DNA of 64,000 bases from Sphyrna mokarran (lineage: Eukaryota), in the NCBI GenBank assembly GCA_024679065.1, contig JAGIQG010000010.1:56358001-56422000 (forward strand). Reading direction: 5' to 3'. The position numbers and the translations under genes were made by a program. Below are positions 51,428-63,519 of the stretch, in pieces (position 1 is the first letter of the stretch; each line of letters opens with the position of its first letter). Under the pieces are notes generated by a model. It saw only the letters and a program-made list of their open reading frames with translations, did no database searches and was not told the origin of the DNA.

Positions 51428-52350
51428 TTTTTTTTTTCATTTACAGGATTTTGGCATCACTGGCTAAGCCAACATTTATTGCCCATTCCTAATAGTCTTG
51501 CGGAGGTGCTGGTGAGCTGCCTTCTTGAACCTCCACAGTTCCTGACATGTAAGTACACCCACAGTGCTGTTGGTGAGGGAATTCCAGGATTTTGACCAGC
51601 AACAGTGAAGGAACAGCAATGTATTTCCAGGTCAGGATGGTAAATGACTTGGAGGGAAACTTCCAGGTGCCAGTGCTGTTATGTCTCTGCTAGATTGTAG
51701 ATAGTCATAGCTTTGGAAGGTAGTGTCTGAGTAACATTGGTGAGTTTCTGCAATGCATCTTGTAGAAGCTACTGTTTGACAGTAGTGGAGAGATTAAATG
51801 TTTGTGGAAGGATTAGCAATCAAATGGATTGCTTTGTCCTGGATCGTGTCGAGCTTCTTCAGTGTTTTTGGAGCTGCACTCATCCAGGCAAGGGGATAGC
51901 ATTCTGTAAGATTCCTGACTTGTATTTTGTCGATACTGGACAGGCTTTGGAGAATCAGGTGAGTTACTACCTGCGGGATTCTTAGTCTCTTTCCTGCTTT
52001 TGTGGCCACAGTATTTATATGGCTAGTTCAGTTGAGTTTCTGGTCATTAGAGACCCCTAATATGTTGAGGTGGGGAATTCAGCAATGATAGTGCCATTGA
52101 ATGCCAAGGGATGATGATTAGATTATCTCATATTGGAAATGGTCATTGCCTGGCACTTGTGTGGCACAAATATTAATTGCCATTTGTAATTCCAAGCCTG
52201 GATGTTGTCCATTTCTTGCTGCATTTAATCACGGATTGCTTCAGTATCTGATGAGTTGAGAATAGTGCTGAACATTGTGCAATGATTAATGAACATCCCC
52301 ACATCTGACCTTATGATGGAAGGAAGGTCATTAATGAAGTAGCTGAAGAT
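51428..52350 (-). mobile_element. CR1/L2-group LINE 3' portion (same family as 21130-22815)
   Basis: AGKRLRIPQVVTHL..QVRNLTECYPLAWMSAAPKTLKKLDTIQDKA; A-rich tail. Confidence 0.85.
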
Positions 52351-52559
52351 CGATAGTTAGTACTATATATGATGCATTGCTATCCAACAGTGGATTACAA
52401 CAAAAAACATTGCCTGCCGTGTGATTATACATGTGACCAATGCCTGCCATCAGCCCTTTAAATATTAATAATGATCATGTGAGAATTGGAAAAAAGGAAG
52501 AAAGCAGAAGTGCTGCCCACTTCCAGTTCCACCACCAGGAACAGCATGCCACAGCTAAA

Positions 52560-52940
52560 ATATCACCCTTAGTTCTACATTCTAAAGGGATTTAATCAGA
52601 TGAATGCATATAAGCTATTTTTTCTACTGAGGGCCATCCAGAATAAAGGAACATAATCTTAATATTACAATTAGGCTTTTTAGGAATGAAAATAGGAAAC
52701 ACTTTATCGTGTAAAGGATAGTGGTAATCAGGAACACACTATCCCAAAGTATTTGTAAATGTTGGGGCTAGTCAAATCATCAAGAATGGAATTATTTGAC
52801 CTTATTAGTTTAAGGGTACCAAGGGATATGAAACAAAAGATGGTAAATGCAATTGAAGTACAGGTCATCCATGATCTGACTGAACATTTGTACAGGCTCA
52901 AGGGACTGAGTGTGGTACTCCTTAAGCAACTTATGATTCT
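52560..52940 (+). mobile_element. Old CR1 3' fragment
   Basis: Degenerate ORF2 end and 3'UTR. Confidence 0.65.
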
Positions 52941-53199
52941 GCCTTGTCAGGAAGTGATACTTGTGAAAAATGGCAGAATTTCAGTGTTAATGAATGTGGG
53001 ATTAAGGGAGCAGTAACAAGGGTTTCCAGAACTGTTGGTCCTAATAGTATTGAGACGTCTTGAGCTGAACTGTGCAATTAAATTCTCATCCGCCTTGCAC
53101 AACCTCTAATCTCGTGGTTCAACCTTGTTCATGACTAGTTGCACTTCATCAGGTGACTCTTCAAGTTCACTGTCTCCTTCATTTGAAAGCTTCTGCAGA

Positions 53200-54500
53200 C
53201 AGTAATATTCTAGCAGAAGCAGAAGGTCACACATACATTGAAAACCCTTTCCAATGCATATTCCCAAATCTCTCAAAGTCAGCTAACCTTTGAAAATGTA
53301 AAGGGAACTTTATAATCCTGCTTGTGATGGCATGGCAATGATTATATCTGATCTGTTCAGGCATCATGGGGTTTGGATAAGCCAAGTTAGAGGAACTAAC
53401 TGCCAGCATCTTGCATGATTTCATTAGTGTGATCTGATACAAGTTGGACATTGATCCAAAGGAATCTATTACAGACTTCCTGCTGATCCTCTAGATGTAA
53501 TGAACCTTAGTGGATTAAAGTCCTCCTTCACAGACTGGACAGATCAAAACACAATAAAATAGCTAGCTCTGACTGGCATTAGGTAGAATCATAAGCTGAT
53601 TCTTGTCTTACTAGGAATGAGTGTCAAGAGAAAAAAAAACAGATAGGCTGTTAATAAAGAGTAACACAACTCAAAAGAGCACAAAAGTAAATCAAATGGA
53701 GATAGCCAAGTACCCAAAATTACCATTCTCCAAACCTGACAGACCAAGATGTAGAAGTACATCTTGTCTTCTCTTAGTTGTCTCCTTTTGATAGTATGAT
53801 CAGGTTTGGTCATATTTTGGGATTTATTATAACACTTGTTTCTGTGGAGCAAATATACTGAATAGTTGGTTTTTTATCTTCAGTTTCTCAGAATACTGGA
53901 GAAGATCCGTCAGTCTTCTGTCATGTTATGGATTCATCGGGTGTCTCATTGATAGATCTTGAGAATTGTATGTTTAAACATGACCGTACTGGTTGTCCTT
54001 AACGATTTACAGATCCCAATTACTACCATACTTGGCAATGTTCTATGCAAGGTGGTTACTCCTGCATTATTTTATGAGCCTATTACCATGTTTCACTGTA
54101 CATCATACCACAGACAGTCCAATTCTCCAGCCCCATGACAATCCTTGCTCCGCCAAACAGCTTTACATTACAATAGCACATAAGTGGACATAACCTCCCC
54201 TTCTTAAAGGATAACTTCCTTCCAACAGATTACAGCATGTATTTTACTTGCTTTTCCCCACTTGGAAGCTCTGAATTTATAAATTCAGGCAATCTTGAGG
54301 CTTGACAGTTCTTCCACATCTTGGTCTGTCAGGTTTGGAGAGTGGTAGTTTCAGCTGCTTGGCTATGTCCATTTGATTTACTTTCATGCTCTTTTGAGTT
54401 GTGTTACTCTTTATTAACAGCCTGTCTGTTTTTTTTTTCCCTTTGACACTCATTCCTAGAGTGGACTTGAATGTTCCTTTCCCATGTTGTCCTCAATGTC
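53200..54500. mobile_element. Rearranged Gypsy LTR-retrotransposon debris (gag fragment +, integrase tail/PPT/LTR start -)
   Basis: Plus strand DPKESITDFLL (gag-like); minus strand RPRCGRTVKPQDCLNL* ending 54277, PPT aagaaggggagg at 54205-54194, then TGT at 54190. Confidence 0.65.
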
Positions 54501-54509
54501 CTTCCTGGA

Positions 54510-55434
54510 CATAGAACATAGAACATAGAACATTACAGCACAGAACAGGCCCTTCAGCCTTCAATGTTGCGCCGACCAATATAAAAAGCAATGCCCCTCC
54601 AAACTAAACCATTCCCTTCTCTTCCATATACTTATCAACTAACCTCTTAAACGCCACCAAACTTGGCGCATCTACAACTGCTGCAGGCAGGGCATTCCAC
54701 TCCCGAACCACCCTTTGGGTAAAGAACCTACCTCTGATATCCGTCCTATAACTATCACCCCTTAATTTAAAGCTGTGTCCCCTCGTGCTAGCTTTTTCCA
54801 TCCTAGGAAAAAGGCTATCACTGTCCACCCTATCTAAACCTCTAATCATCTTATATGTTTCGATCAGGTCCCCTCTTAGCCTCCTCCTTTCTAACGAAAA
54901 CAACCTCAAATCCCTCAGCCTCTCCTCATAAGACCTGCCCTCCATACCAGGCAACATCCTGGTAAACCTCCTCTGTACCCTCTCCAATGCCTCCACATCT
55001 TTCTTATAATGTGGGGACCAGAACTGCACACAATACTCCAAGTGCGGCCGCACTAGAGTTTTGTACAGTTGCAACATGACGTTGCGGCTCCGAAATTCAA
55101 TCCCCCTACCAATAAAAGCTAAGACTCCATATGCCTTCCTAACAACCTTCTCGACCTGACTGCCTACTTTCAGGGATCTATGCACATACACACCAAGATC
55201 CCTCTGTTCATCTAGACTATTAAGAATCCTACCATTTGCCCTATACTCTACACATTTATTATTTCTGCCATAGTGCATTACCTCACACTTTTCCACATTA
55301 AACTCCATTTGCCACCTCTCGGCCCAGCTCTGCAACTTGTCCAAGTCCCTCTGCAAACTATAACACCCCTCTTCACTATCTACCACTCCACCGACTTTAG
55401 TGTCATCTGCAAATTTACTAATCCATCCTTCAAT
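54510..55434 (-). mobile_element. Young 5'-truncated CR1/HER1 LINE with an uninterrupted 260-aa ORF2 C-terminus (54604-55386)
   Basis: Near-identical to 35620-36553; (catagaa)n tail. Confidence 0.97.
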
Positions 55435-55459
55435 GGATGGATTAGTAAATTAGTAAACA

Positions 55460-56580
55460 TTGCCATTTCACAAATGGAACCTTCATTCCCACTTGTTTCA
55501 GTTCTGTAATTTTGCCATCCATAGCTTTATTATCCACTCATTGTTTGGAATTTCTTTCAATGCCATTTTTTTATTCAGCTGTTCTTCAGCTCTTTAGTCT
55601 TCTCTTTGTAGCTTTTGGTTTCATTTTACAAGATGGAACATTGCCCAATCTTCTCTGCCAAATGGTTCTTCAGTTTGTCCAAAGTGACATTAAATCCAGT
55701 TTGTTTCTTTTCATTATTTCCCAGAGGAACAAACTTTGACTTAGGAAATCCTTGTAATATATGAAGATTCTTCAACAGGTTTTCCTTTTCTTCACGAAGC
55801 TCGCTTGCTTGAGTTTTCCTGTAATTCAGCAGAATCTTCTCAAGTGTTGTTTCTATCATTTAAGACAATCATTGTTTCTGTATATTACTGAATAGTTATG
55901 CATCCCTTTTACATCTGATCTTGAAGGATAATCAGCTGGTGTTTCAATTGCTTATTTTAATATTGATCTCTTGCCAACTCACTCTAGCCTTCGGTGCACG
56001 ATTTTGTTGCTACTGATAGTTCCAATGAAGCTTTCTCTAAAGTAATAGTCAGCGTCCTTTTTAGTTCATAATGTTTTTTTCCATGGCTGCACATTGATTC
56101 TTCAAGGAGTTTTTCAACTTCAAAATTTCCTTGTGTGTTTCACTTTCTGCTGTTTTACCTAACTGTACATCTGGTTGATTCTTCCAAACTTTTGTCTTGA
56201 TTTGCCAGCTGTGGAGTTAAAGGTTGGAATTTCCTTCTGGTACCTTTGTATCATCTCCAAAATTTATTTGTTCAGGTCTCAGATAGCTTGGACTATACTC
56301 AGCTTAAAAACAACTATTATGCTTTGTTGTATAGATCAAACTGAGTGTTTAAAACATCACCCAGTCATAATTACTGCATATGCTTCATATACATTGATTT
56401 GTTATAATATTTCAACATTTATCTTAATCCCACTTGCATTTCCAAATCTTTATTTTCAATAATCCGTGCTTTTTATTTCCTGATTTTCCATCTCTGACAA
56501 TTCTTCATTCTCATTGGCTATTCAGCCGGTTTGATAGCTTCTAATTCCTGAATGCTAGGGATTCTCTATAGTAGGTGCCA
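55460..56580 (-). pseudogene. Decayed coiled-coil gag-like ORF of an LTR element
   Basis: E/K/Q/L-rich heptad-like fragments (ETHKEILKLKNSLKNQ; LEKASLELSVA; ELREEKENLLKNL) with many stops, downstream of a tggcacct PBS-like site. Confidence 0.5.
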
Positions 56581-56592
56581 GAACGTAATTGA

Positions 56593-56824
56593 TGTTGTTA
56601 ATATCAAATGTATATGCAAATCAAATGAGCACAAGTTAGTTGCAGTCAAAGGCTAAGCTGTGTTTATTTTACAAAGTCAGAGTTCCATCTTTGTTCCATC
56701 TTTGATCCAGCTCTAGAATTCTTACAAGGGAATCCGGAGAGGGGGGAGTTATATCCATCAGGGGGATAGCTTATTGGTTACAGAAACAAAGAGTCGTGTT
56801 GAACATAAAGATAATTTGTTCACA
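56593..56824 (-). mobile_element. Putative LTR (~230 bp)
   Basis: TGT...ACA ends; on the minus strand CCAAT, ATATAA and AATAAA in canonical U3-R order. Confidence 0.6.
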
Positions 56825-57740
56825 TTTCCATTTTGGGACATCCCAAACCCTACCAAGTTGTCATGAACAGTTTAGATTGTCCTTTGTTTAAATTGTATGG
56901 TTTTTTTCAAAGAAAGCAGTTGCAGATTTTACCTTGTATCGGCTACAGTTCACTGATTTGAGAGAGCCAAGGGAGATGTCTGTTACTTAAGCCTGTTTAT
57001 AGGCAGAGAAATGCTATTTATGGTGTACACCTCACATGGGGGCTGAAATTTGTGAGGGAAAAGCGGCTAGAAGCTTTTCCCAGTTTGAAGGTAGAGGGAT
57101 GAACTACAGTGGTCCTCAAGGAGTCATACACAGAAACCAAAGTGAACCAAGTTCTAATCCCTTGCATAAGCATTGCAATCTTCGCCAATCAAAGTAACAT
57201 TTACCCCTGCTAAGATATTCAGGAAATCAGAATACTACCGGTGTAAAAATCAGAATTAAAAACTGAAAATCATAGAAATACTCAGCAGGTTTATGTATCA
57301 TCTGTGCAGAGAAACTTTGGTGGAATTTAGTTAGTGAAGTGCTGTTCCCAATGGTGGAACGGGAATTGTATACCGTGTCACTCCCCTTCTTTCTCCTGTT
57401 TCATACTCAACTGCAAGTAACATTTAAAATGCCAGTGGTCTGCTTGGGAAACAGGTGTGATTTTACAACAGGTTTTCAGCTGACCATACTGCACTAAGGG
57501 CAGGTGATAAACGATTCTTCTGGGCAAACAGCAATGACCAAAACTTTCCTGCCAACTCCATAATATAAGCAATATTGAGAGGACAAAGGTGGCACCAATG
57601 TTTTACTAATTTAAATTTTACTTGTAAATAATACATCTTACATTGTGCATCATTGGTATTTGTTGAGTTTAAAAGATTCAGTGTTGGCACACAATCATGG
57701 TTACAGGGGAGTTAGAGACATTTATTATGGCAGAAACAAT

Positions 57741-58542
57741 GGTCATGATTCTCCCATCACAACTGGCAACTTTTCTGGCGGGTCAGGCCGGGAGATGCTG
57801 GCCTTAAGCAGGGATTTGAGCAAGCGCCAAGAATGCATGCACATCTCCCAGAGCCGGGGATCAGTCACCGGCCACACTATGCTGGAAAATGGTGGGATGG
57901 CAGATAAGTAATTTAAGTTTTCTTTTAATATGTTTTAAATATGCTTATTAGTTCATTATTGGGATCTTTCAGGGAGACCATGGCAGAATGAAGGGCAAAA
58001 AATCAGGGCAACCCAGGGGGCCAGGTGGCAGAGGAATGGTGCCACCTGGGCATGGGCATCCTGGCAATGCCAACCTGTGCCTCTGGCACTGCCCAAGGGG
58101 TAAAGTGTTTATACCTAGGGGTCACCTTGGCACTTTGCCTTTGGGGGGTGTCTGACCTGGGGGTGGGGTCAGCGGGGTGTGGTCTGCTGGGGTGAGAGGG
58201 GGTGGGGGAATCGCTATTGTTGGAGGTGGGTGGTCTGGACATGGAGGTGGGGGGGGGGGAGGAATGCGTGTTCAAGGCTGGTCCTGGAATTATTATGGAA
58301 GCTGTGATTGGGGAAGCTGGATGGTCAGCACTGCAGGGGTCCTGGGCTGGCTAGTGATTGAGTGATAGCAGTCAAACTCTGGCATAAATAAGCTCTGCCG
58401 AAAGGGTTTTTAATGAGATTTCTAATTGGGAGCTCTTCAGTGCATAGAGTGTGGAGATTCAGATGAGAAGCTGAACTGACAAAACAGTTGGGATTTAGAA
58501 CAGTTTTCCCACAAATTCAGCACTTCTGGGAGAATCACAGCT
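57741..58542. mobile_element. Harbinger MITE derived from the 6411-10260 family
   Basis: TIRs ggtcatgattctccc / gggagaatcacagct; last ~110 bp match 10150-10260. Confidence 0.8.
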
Positions 58543-59449
58543 CATTTGTGAATTTTTAATTTCATTTTTTTGTTGAATATTGATGTGTAACTGGTGTTGT
58601 ACTCGCCTCTCGATAAGACAAAGCTGAACTTGGAGTTTCAGCTATTCTTGTATCTATGCATTTTAAGGAGATTATTAAGATTGTTGAGGATAATTAAAAT
58701 GTTGTTGGTGAATGCAAAATCTTGTAAGGGCTCAAACCCTGAAATGGACCCACGTTTAGAAAGCAGTGACACCACCTTTTACTCCCTCATTTTCTTACAT
58801 TTACTGACAGCAAACCCCCTCTCCCACAACCAGTACACCAGACCCTTCTCACTTCACTCCTCCATGCCTGCAATCGCACCTTCTCTCCTCCCTTGGATCT
58901 CTCTCCCACTTCTTCATGCCTGTGGCTCCATTCCCGCTCTCACACCAATTCCCCAACAATGACTGATCCTTGCTAGACCCAGACCCTCCATGCAAGCTAC
59001 AATTCTCCTGCTGTCCTCCCTTGTGCTATAAAACCCAGCAAGGAATATTATTGATCTCAGACACAAATGCACAAATTCACACCAGATTCTTGTACACACT
59101 GACTTTATCCTGAAAGTATCCTGAAAGTAAGATCTTAATGAAAAGAAGTTTTAGCTAATAAGTATTCATGGCATGCAAATATATTAAAGATATGAACCAA
59201 AACAGGATGACATGAGCCTCTACAAGTTGCAAATACACCATTGACATTACCCCTGCAATTCAACTCACTGAGCATCTTACTCTTGTTTTTTTAATATGCT
59301 GACAAAAGTCAAGGAAATGTCCTTCCATGTTACCTTGGAGCATTATTTCATTTTCACACTTTCCAATCTCCCACTTCACCTCCCCGCTAAACTTTTGATA
59401 TTCCTGATCTTTTTTAAATATTAACCTTTGGGGCTTAGCGTAAATGCTA

Positions 59450-59810
59450 ATGGTGATGTAGTGGTAATATCAGCGCAGAAGCAAAGCAGAAAACTCTTGC
59501 TAACTACCATCAGGGATGTGGTTCAAATCCCATCATGTTAGATACTGGAATTTAAATTCAATTAACCAGGAATTAAAAATTACTCTCAGTAATGGTGACA
59601 AGGACAATTAGCATCAATTATTGCAAACATTTGTCTGGTTCACTAATATTCTTTAGGAAAAGACAACTTCCATCTTTACCTGGTGGCCTATCTTGGACTC
59701 TAAACTCTAAATGGTCTAGCAAGCCACTCAGGTAAAGGTAATATGGGATGGGAAAGAAATATTGACTTTGTCAGTGATGCTGGCATCCCATGAAAGAATG
59801 AAGAAAAAGA
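59450..59810 (+). mobile_element. tRNA-headed SINE carrying the 3' tail of the second LINE family
   Basis: tgtagtggtaatatc (A box), ggttcaaatccc (B box); tail cagtgatgctggcatcccatgaaagaat matches 44470-44500 and the reverse of 51430-51490. Confidence 0.8.
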
Positions 59811-61636
59811 ATACTTCTCTTATGTTTCAATTTAAAATACTTACTCAAAGGAAACTACACTTTAATGCATCCCATTTTATCATAATTTAGTACTTTTTCT
59901 TCCCACATTTAATTATTTCTCAGTGCCGATTTATCAACCTGGTTTTAACCTTTCCACCTAGGTACTTCACCTCATATGTCCTATCTTGCATGACGTTGCT
60001 ATTTTTTTCAGCCAAGCATTCTTATCTCTTGCCTTTCGTTCTCCCTTTCCAATAAAGCTTGGTTGAGGTTGTTATTTCATAACTGTTCTCTACAGTGAGT
60101 TTCTGCTCCATTTCATTTCTCTGAACTAAATCAAGCAATGATTCTTTTATTGATGATGAGAGACATACTGATTCATGATGCAGTGAGCAATGTGTTGCCC
60201 ATTTTGATTATATTCTACTTTTATTTTATTTCATCTTTGGATATATAAAATTGCTCAATATTATTGCCCTATTCCAGTTGTGTCCAATACATTAGTCATG
60301 TTAGCTGCAAATTGGCAATCCAGATAAGGCTAATTACATTTTTGAAAGAACTGCAATGGACGATGTCACTGGAGCAATGACTACTCATTTACCTTCAACA
60401 GACTGCATCTTATTGCGTGGGAGAAGTGGTGCGGATTGTACCATGCTACCTATCACCCCACATTCATCCCTGCCCTCACACATCGCCTTCCCAACACCCA
60501 GAAAGGAAAATCAGCTAAAAGCAAACATAACCAAATCAAACTTGTCCTACAGCCAGAAAGAGATTGACAATGGGCTGAATTGATTGAGAGTGGAACCCTC
60601 TTCTCACTGTGCAATTTGACTGGGTAGAAGCTCTAACAGTTCCAATAGCATCAGAGCTCAATAATGGGCTCTGCAGGAAGGAGCATGAAGAAGAACATGG
60701 CTGAGTGATAAAGGAAAATCACGGCATTTCAGGGCTGGAAGTGGTCCTAAAGCAAAGGAAGGGTTAGAGGTAGGGGGTTTGACAAATAACTCAAGCATTC
60801 AGTGAACCTCTATATGACCTTGCACTCCCTTCCTTGCTCCCCTTTTTCACATAGACCCGTAAAAAACAACTTGGACTCCTGTCCATCTGCACATGCCAGC
60901 AGTATAATGGCATGAGCAATCTACTATCCGGGTCAATAGGCTAACAAATTTAATTGACATATAGTTATTCATTAACATACAGCGGGTGGCTTGTTGATTT
61001 TGGCACCCTCCCCATAATAGATTCTGGGGTTCAGCTCGGGGGTGGGCAGGACCGTGGTGGGTTAGGCAACTAATCTATTTTATAAGTGCCTCTCCCTTCC
61101 CGCCCACTGTAAATACGCTTGTAAATCCAGTCCAATGTGTATCTCACAATTTTGTGGTTTGTTAGTAAGGTGATAAGAAAAGCTAAGTGCAAGTTTTTTA
61201 TTGTTGTGACTTCCTTAGTTACTGAATGATGGAGATTTTGTTGGTACTTGCCAGTATTGTTTGAGTTGATGTTATGGTTTTTGCTAAAATGAATTTACAT
61301 GGCTAAACTCATATTGCTGTTTCTGTGAGAATGACAATATCTACAATTCTCTTTCTTTTCAAGAAAAACAGGTGGCTAACCAGGGATTTCTACTGGACAA
61401 TACATCTTATTGTCTCCCCCTGTTTTGTACCATAAACCTTTTTATTGAACCAAATATATTTCACTGCCAAAAGATCTGAAATGTTATACAACAAGAAGTG
61501 GTTCCTCAATTGCCCTTTATTGCCATTATAAGATTAACATGGAGTCATTAGCTTGCAAACAGTATATAAGTAAAGATATTTAACTATTATTTGTCTTGAT
61601 AACCTGCCATTGGGTAATACAGTCAAGGAAAAATAA

Positions 61637-61938
61637 TAGAATCCCTCCAGTGCAGGACAAGGCCATTTGTCCATCAAGCCTGCGCTGACAACCATCCCAC
61701 CTAGACGTATCCCCGTAGCTCTACGTATTTACCCTGTTAGTTCCCCTGAGACTAAGGGGAAATTTAGCATGGGAATCAACCTAACCTACACATCTTTGAA
61801 GTGTGGGAGGAACCAAGAGCACCTGGAGGAAACTCATGGACAGAATGCACAAACTCCATATAGATAGTGTCCCAGATTTGAATCCGGATCCTTACTCAGT
61901 GAGACAGCAGTACTAACCACTGTGCCATTGTGCCATCC
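61637..61938 (-). mobile_element. HE1-type SINE
   Basis: Tail, body and head cagcagtactaaccactgtgcc. Confidence 0.88.
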
Positions 61939-63362
61939 ATAGAAAGAAATGATTTCTGAGGAAAGATGCAAAGGTAGAAGACAACTGAACAAGTATGTTG
62001 CCTGTGTAAATTGCTTGGAGATTAACTAATCTAATTAGACTAGCAATACAATAGTCTCTCTTAACTCACTGATGACTTTAACACACAATAAACACTGAGA
62101 ATAGCAGCATCCTATTTGTTAACCATTTCCATCCTGATTATGTCTTAATGCCAGAACCTATGCAATCTTTATCTAACACAATAATGGAATTCTTCGAGGA
62201 AATTTTCCCCGGGTTAGACCATGAAAAGGTCTGTTGACCTCAGGCCAGATATTTCGGTTTTGGGGCAAGATCAGCCAGAATATCCCATTCTTCATGTCAT
62301 TTGCCATCTCTTTCCCATTATCCCCATCCATAAAAAGGTTGCAATCAGAAATATAACCTCTCTGATTATTTAACAACAAAAGTGAGAATTATATTTCATT
62401 TAGAATTTTCCTGGGACTTACATGATTAACTTTTGTACCAGTGATATGATCAATGGGGCTACTGGACAGCAATTCAATTTATAATATTCTTAAAGTAAAT
62501 TTAATTGTTTCATTGCAGTAAGGATTTTATGCACAATGGCTGCCATGCAAAGTTTCTAATTAGCAGTTTTGAAACTGAGAGAAAGATTGGTTGTAGCAAA
62601 TCTCTTTTATTGTCACACAGCAGAGATCAACACATTGCAGTATTTAGGCAGCAATTTGCAGTTCTAAACAGATCACGTATTTCCCAAATGGACAGTAAAG
62701 GACGAAAACATGTTGCTTCCTTCTCATTCCCTTTCCCCTGCCCTTTGTCCTTGTGTTGCTAGTATAACTAGATAAGCAGTTAAACTCCAACCAGCTTATA
62801 CAGGCAAATTGATCAGAGATCTTCTTTGTAACTTTGTTGGAAATCACCTGTCCTTTCTATTCCTTTTCCTTGGCCATATATCCCAATGCAGGTTAACATA
62901 TTAGGACAGACAAAAAAACAAAATTTGCAAGCAAATTAATTAATGTTAATCTTACAATGGAATAAAGGACAACTCAGGGACCATTTCTTGTTTTGCAACT
63001 TTTCTGATGTTTTAGAGAGTAAAGTATATTTGGTCCTCCAAAAGGTTTATGGGACAAAACCTCAATATTTGGCAATTTGCTTATCATCTGACTAGGAAAT
63101 GTATTTTAAAAAGTATTGTTATTGTCAGGTGAGAAATATTAAAAGTGTCCCTTTCTTTTTCTACTCAGTTGTTTACAACAGTGTTTGTTTTTAACAGTTC
63201 AGTGAATATTTAACTATTTTAAGTGCCATGTCTGTAAAAGGTGCACAGAGGTAGGTTTTCTTGTAAGTTTTTTTTAAAGAAAGGGAATAGGATTTATTAA
63301 CTTAACACCCATTCTAAATCAAAACAATAAAAAATGTTTCAGCTTTCACACACACATAATTT

Positions 63363-63519
63363 CATGAGGTGGATTACAGCATTGAACTGAGGTAGGCACG
63401 ATAAGAAGTCTCATAACACCAGTTAAAGTCCACTCACCTGATGAAGAAGCAGTGCTCTGAAAGCTCGCGATTCCAAATAAACCTGTTGGACTTTGATCTG
63501 GTGTATTGAGACTTCTTAC
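63363..63519. mobile_element. Minimal Penelope terminal insertion with inverted tail
   Basis: taagaagtctcataacaccagttaaagtcca inverted against tggactttgatctggtgtattgagacttctta; TSD cat(a/g)atttcat (63355-63365 / 63520-63530). Confidence 0.85.
63434..63470 (+). ncRNA. Minimal hammerhead ribozyme motif (PLE-associated, partly decayed)
   Basis: tcac-CTGATGA-a-gaagc.agt.gctct-GAA-AGCT-C-gcga. Confidence 0.55.
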
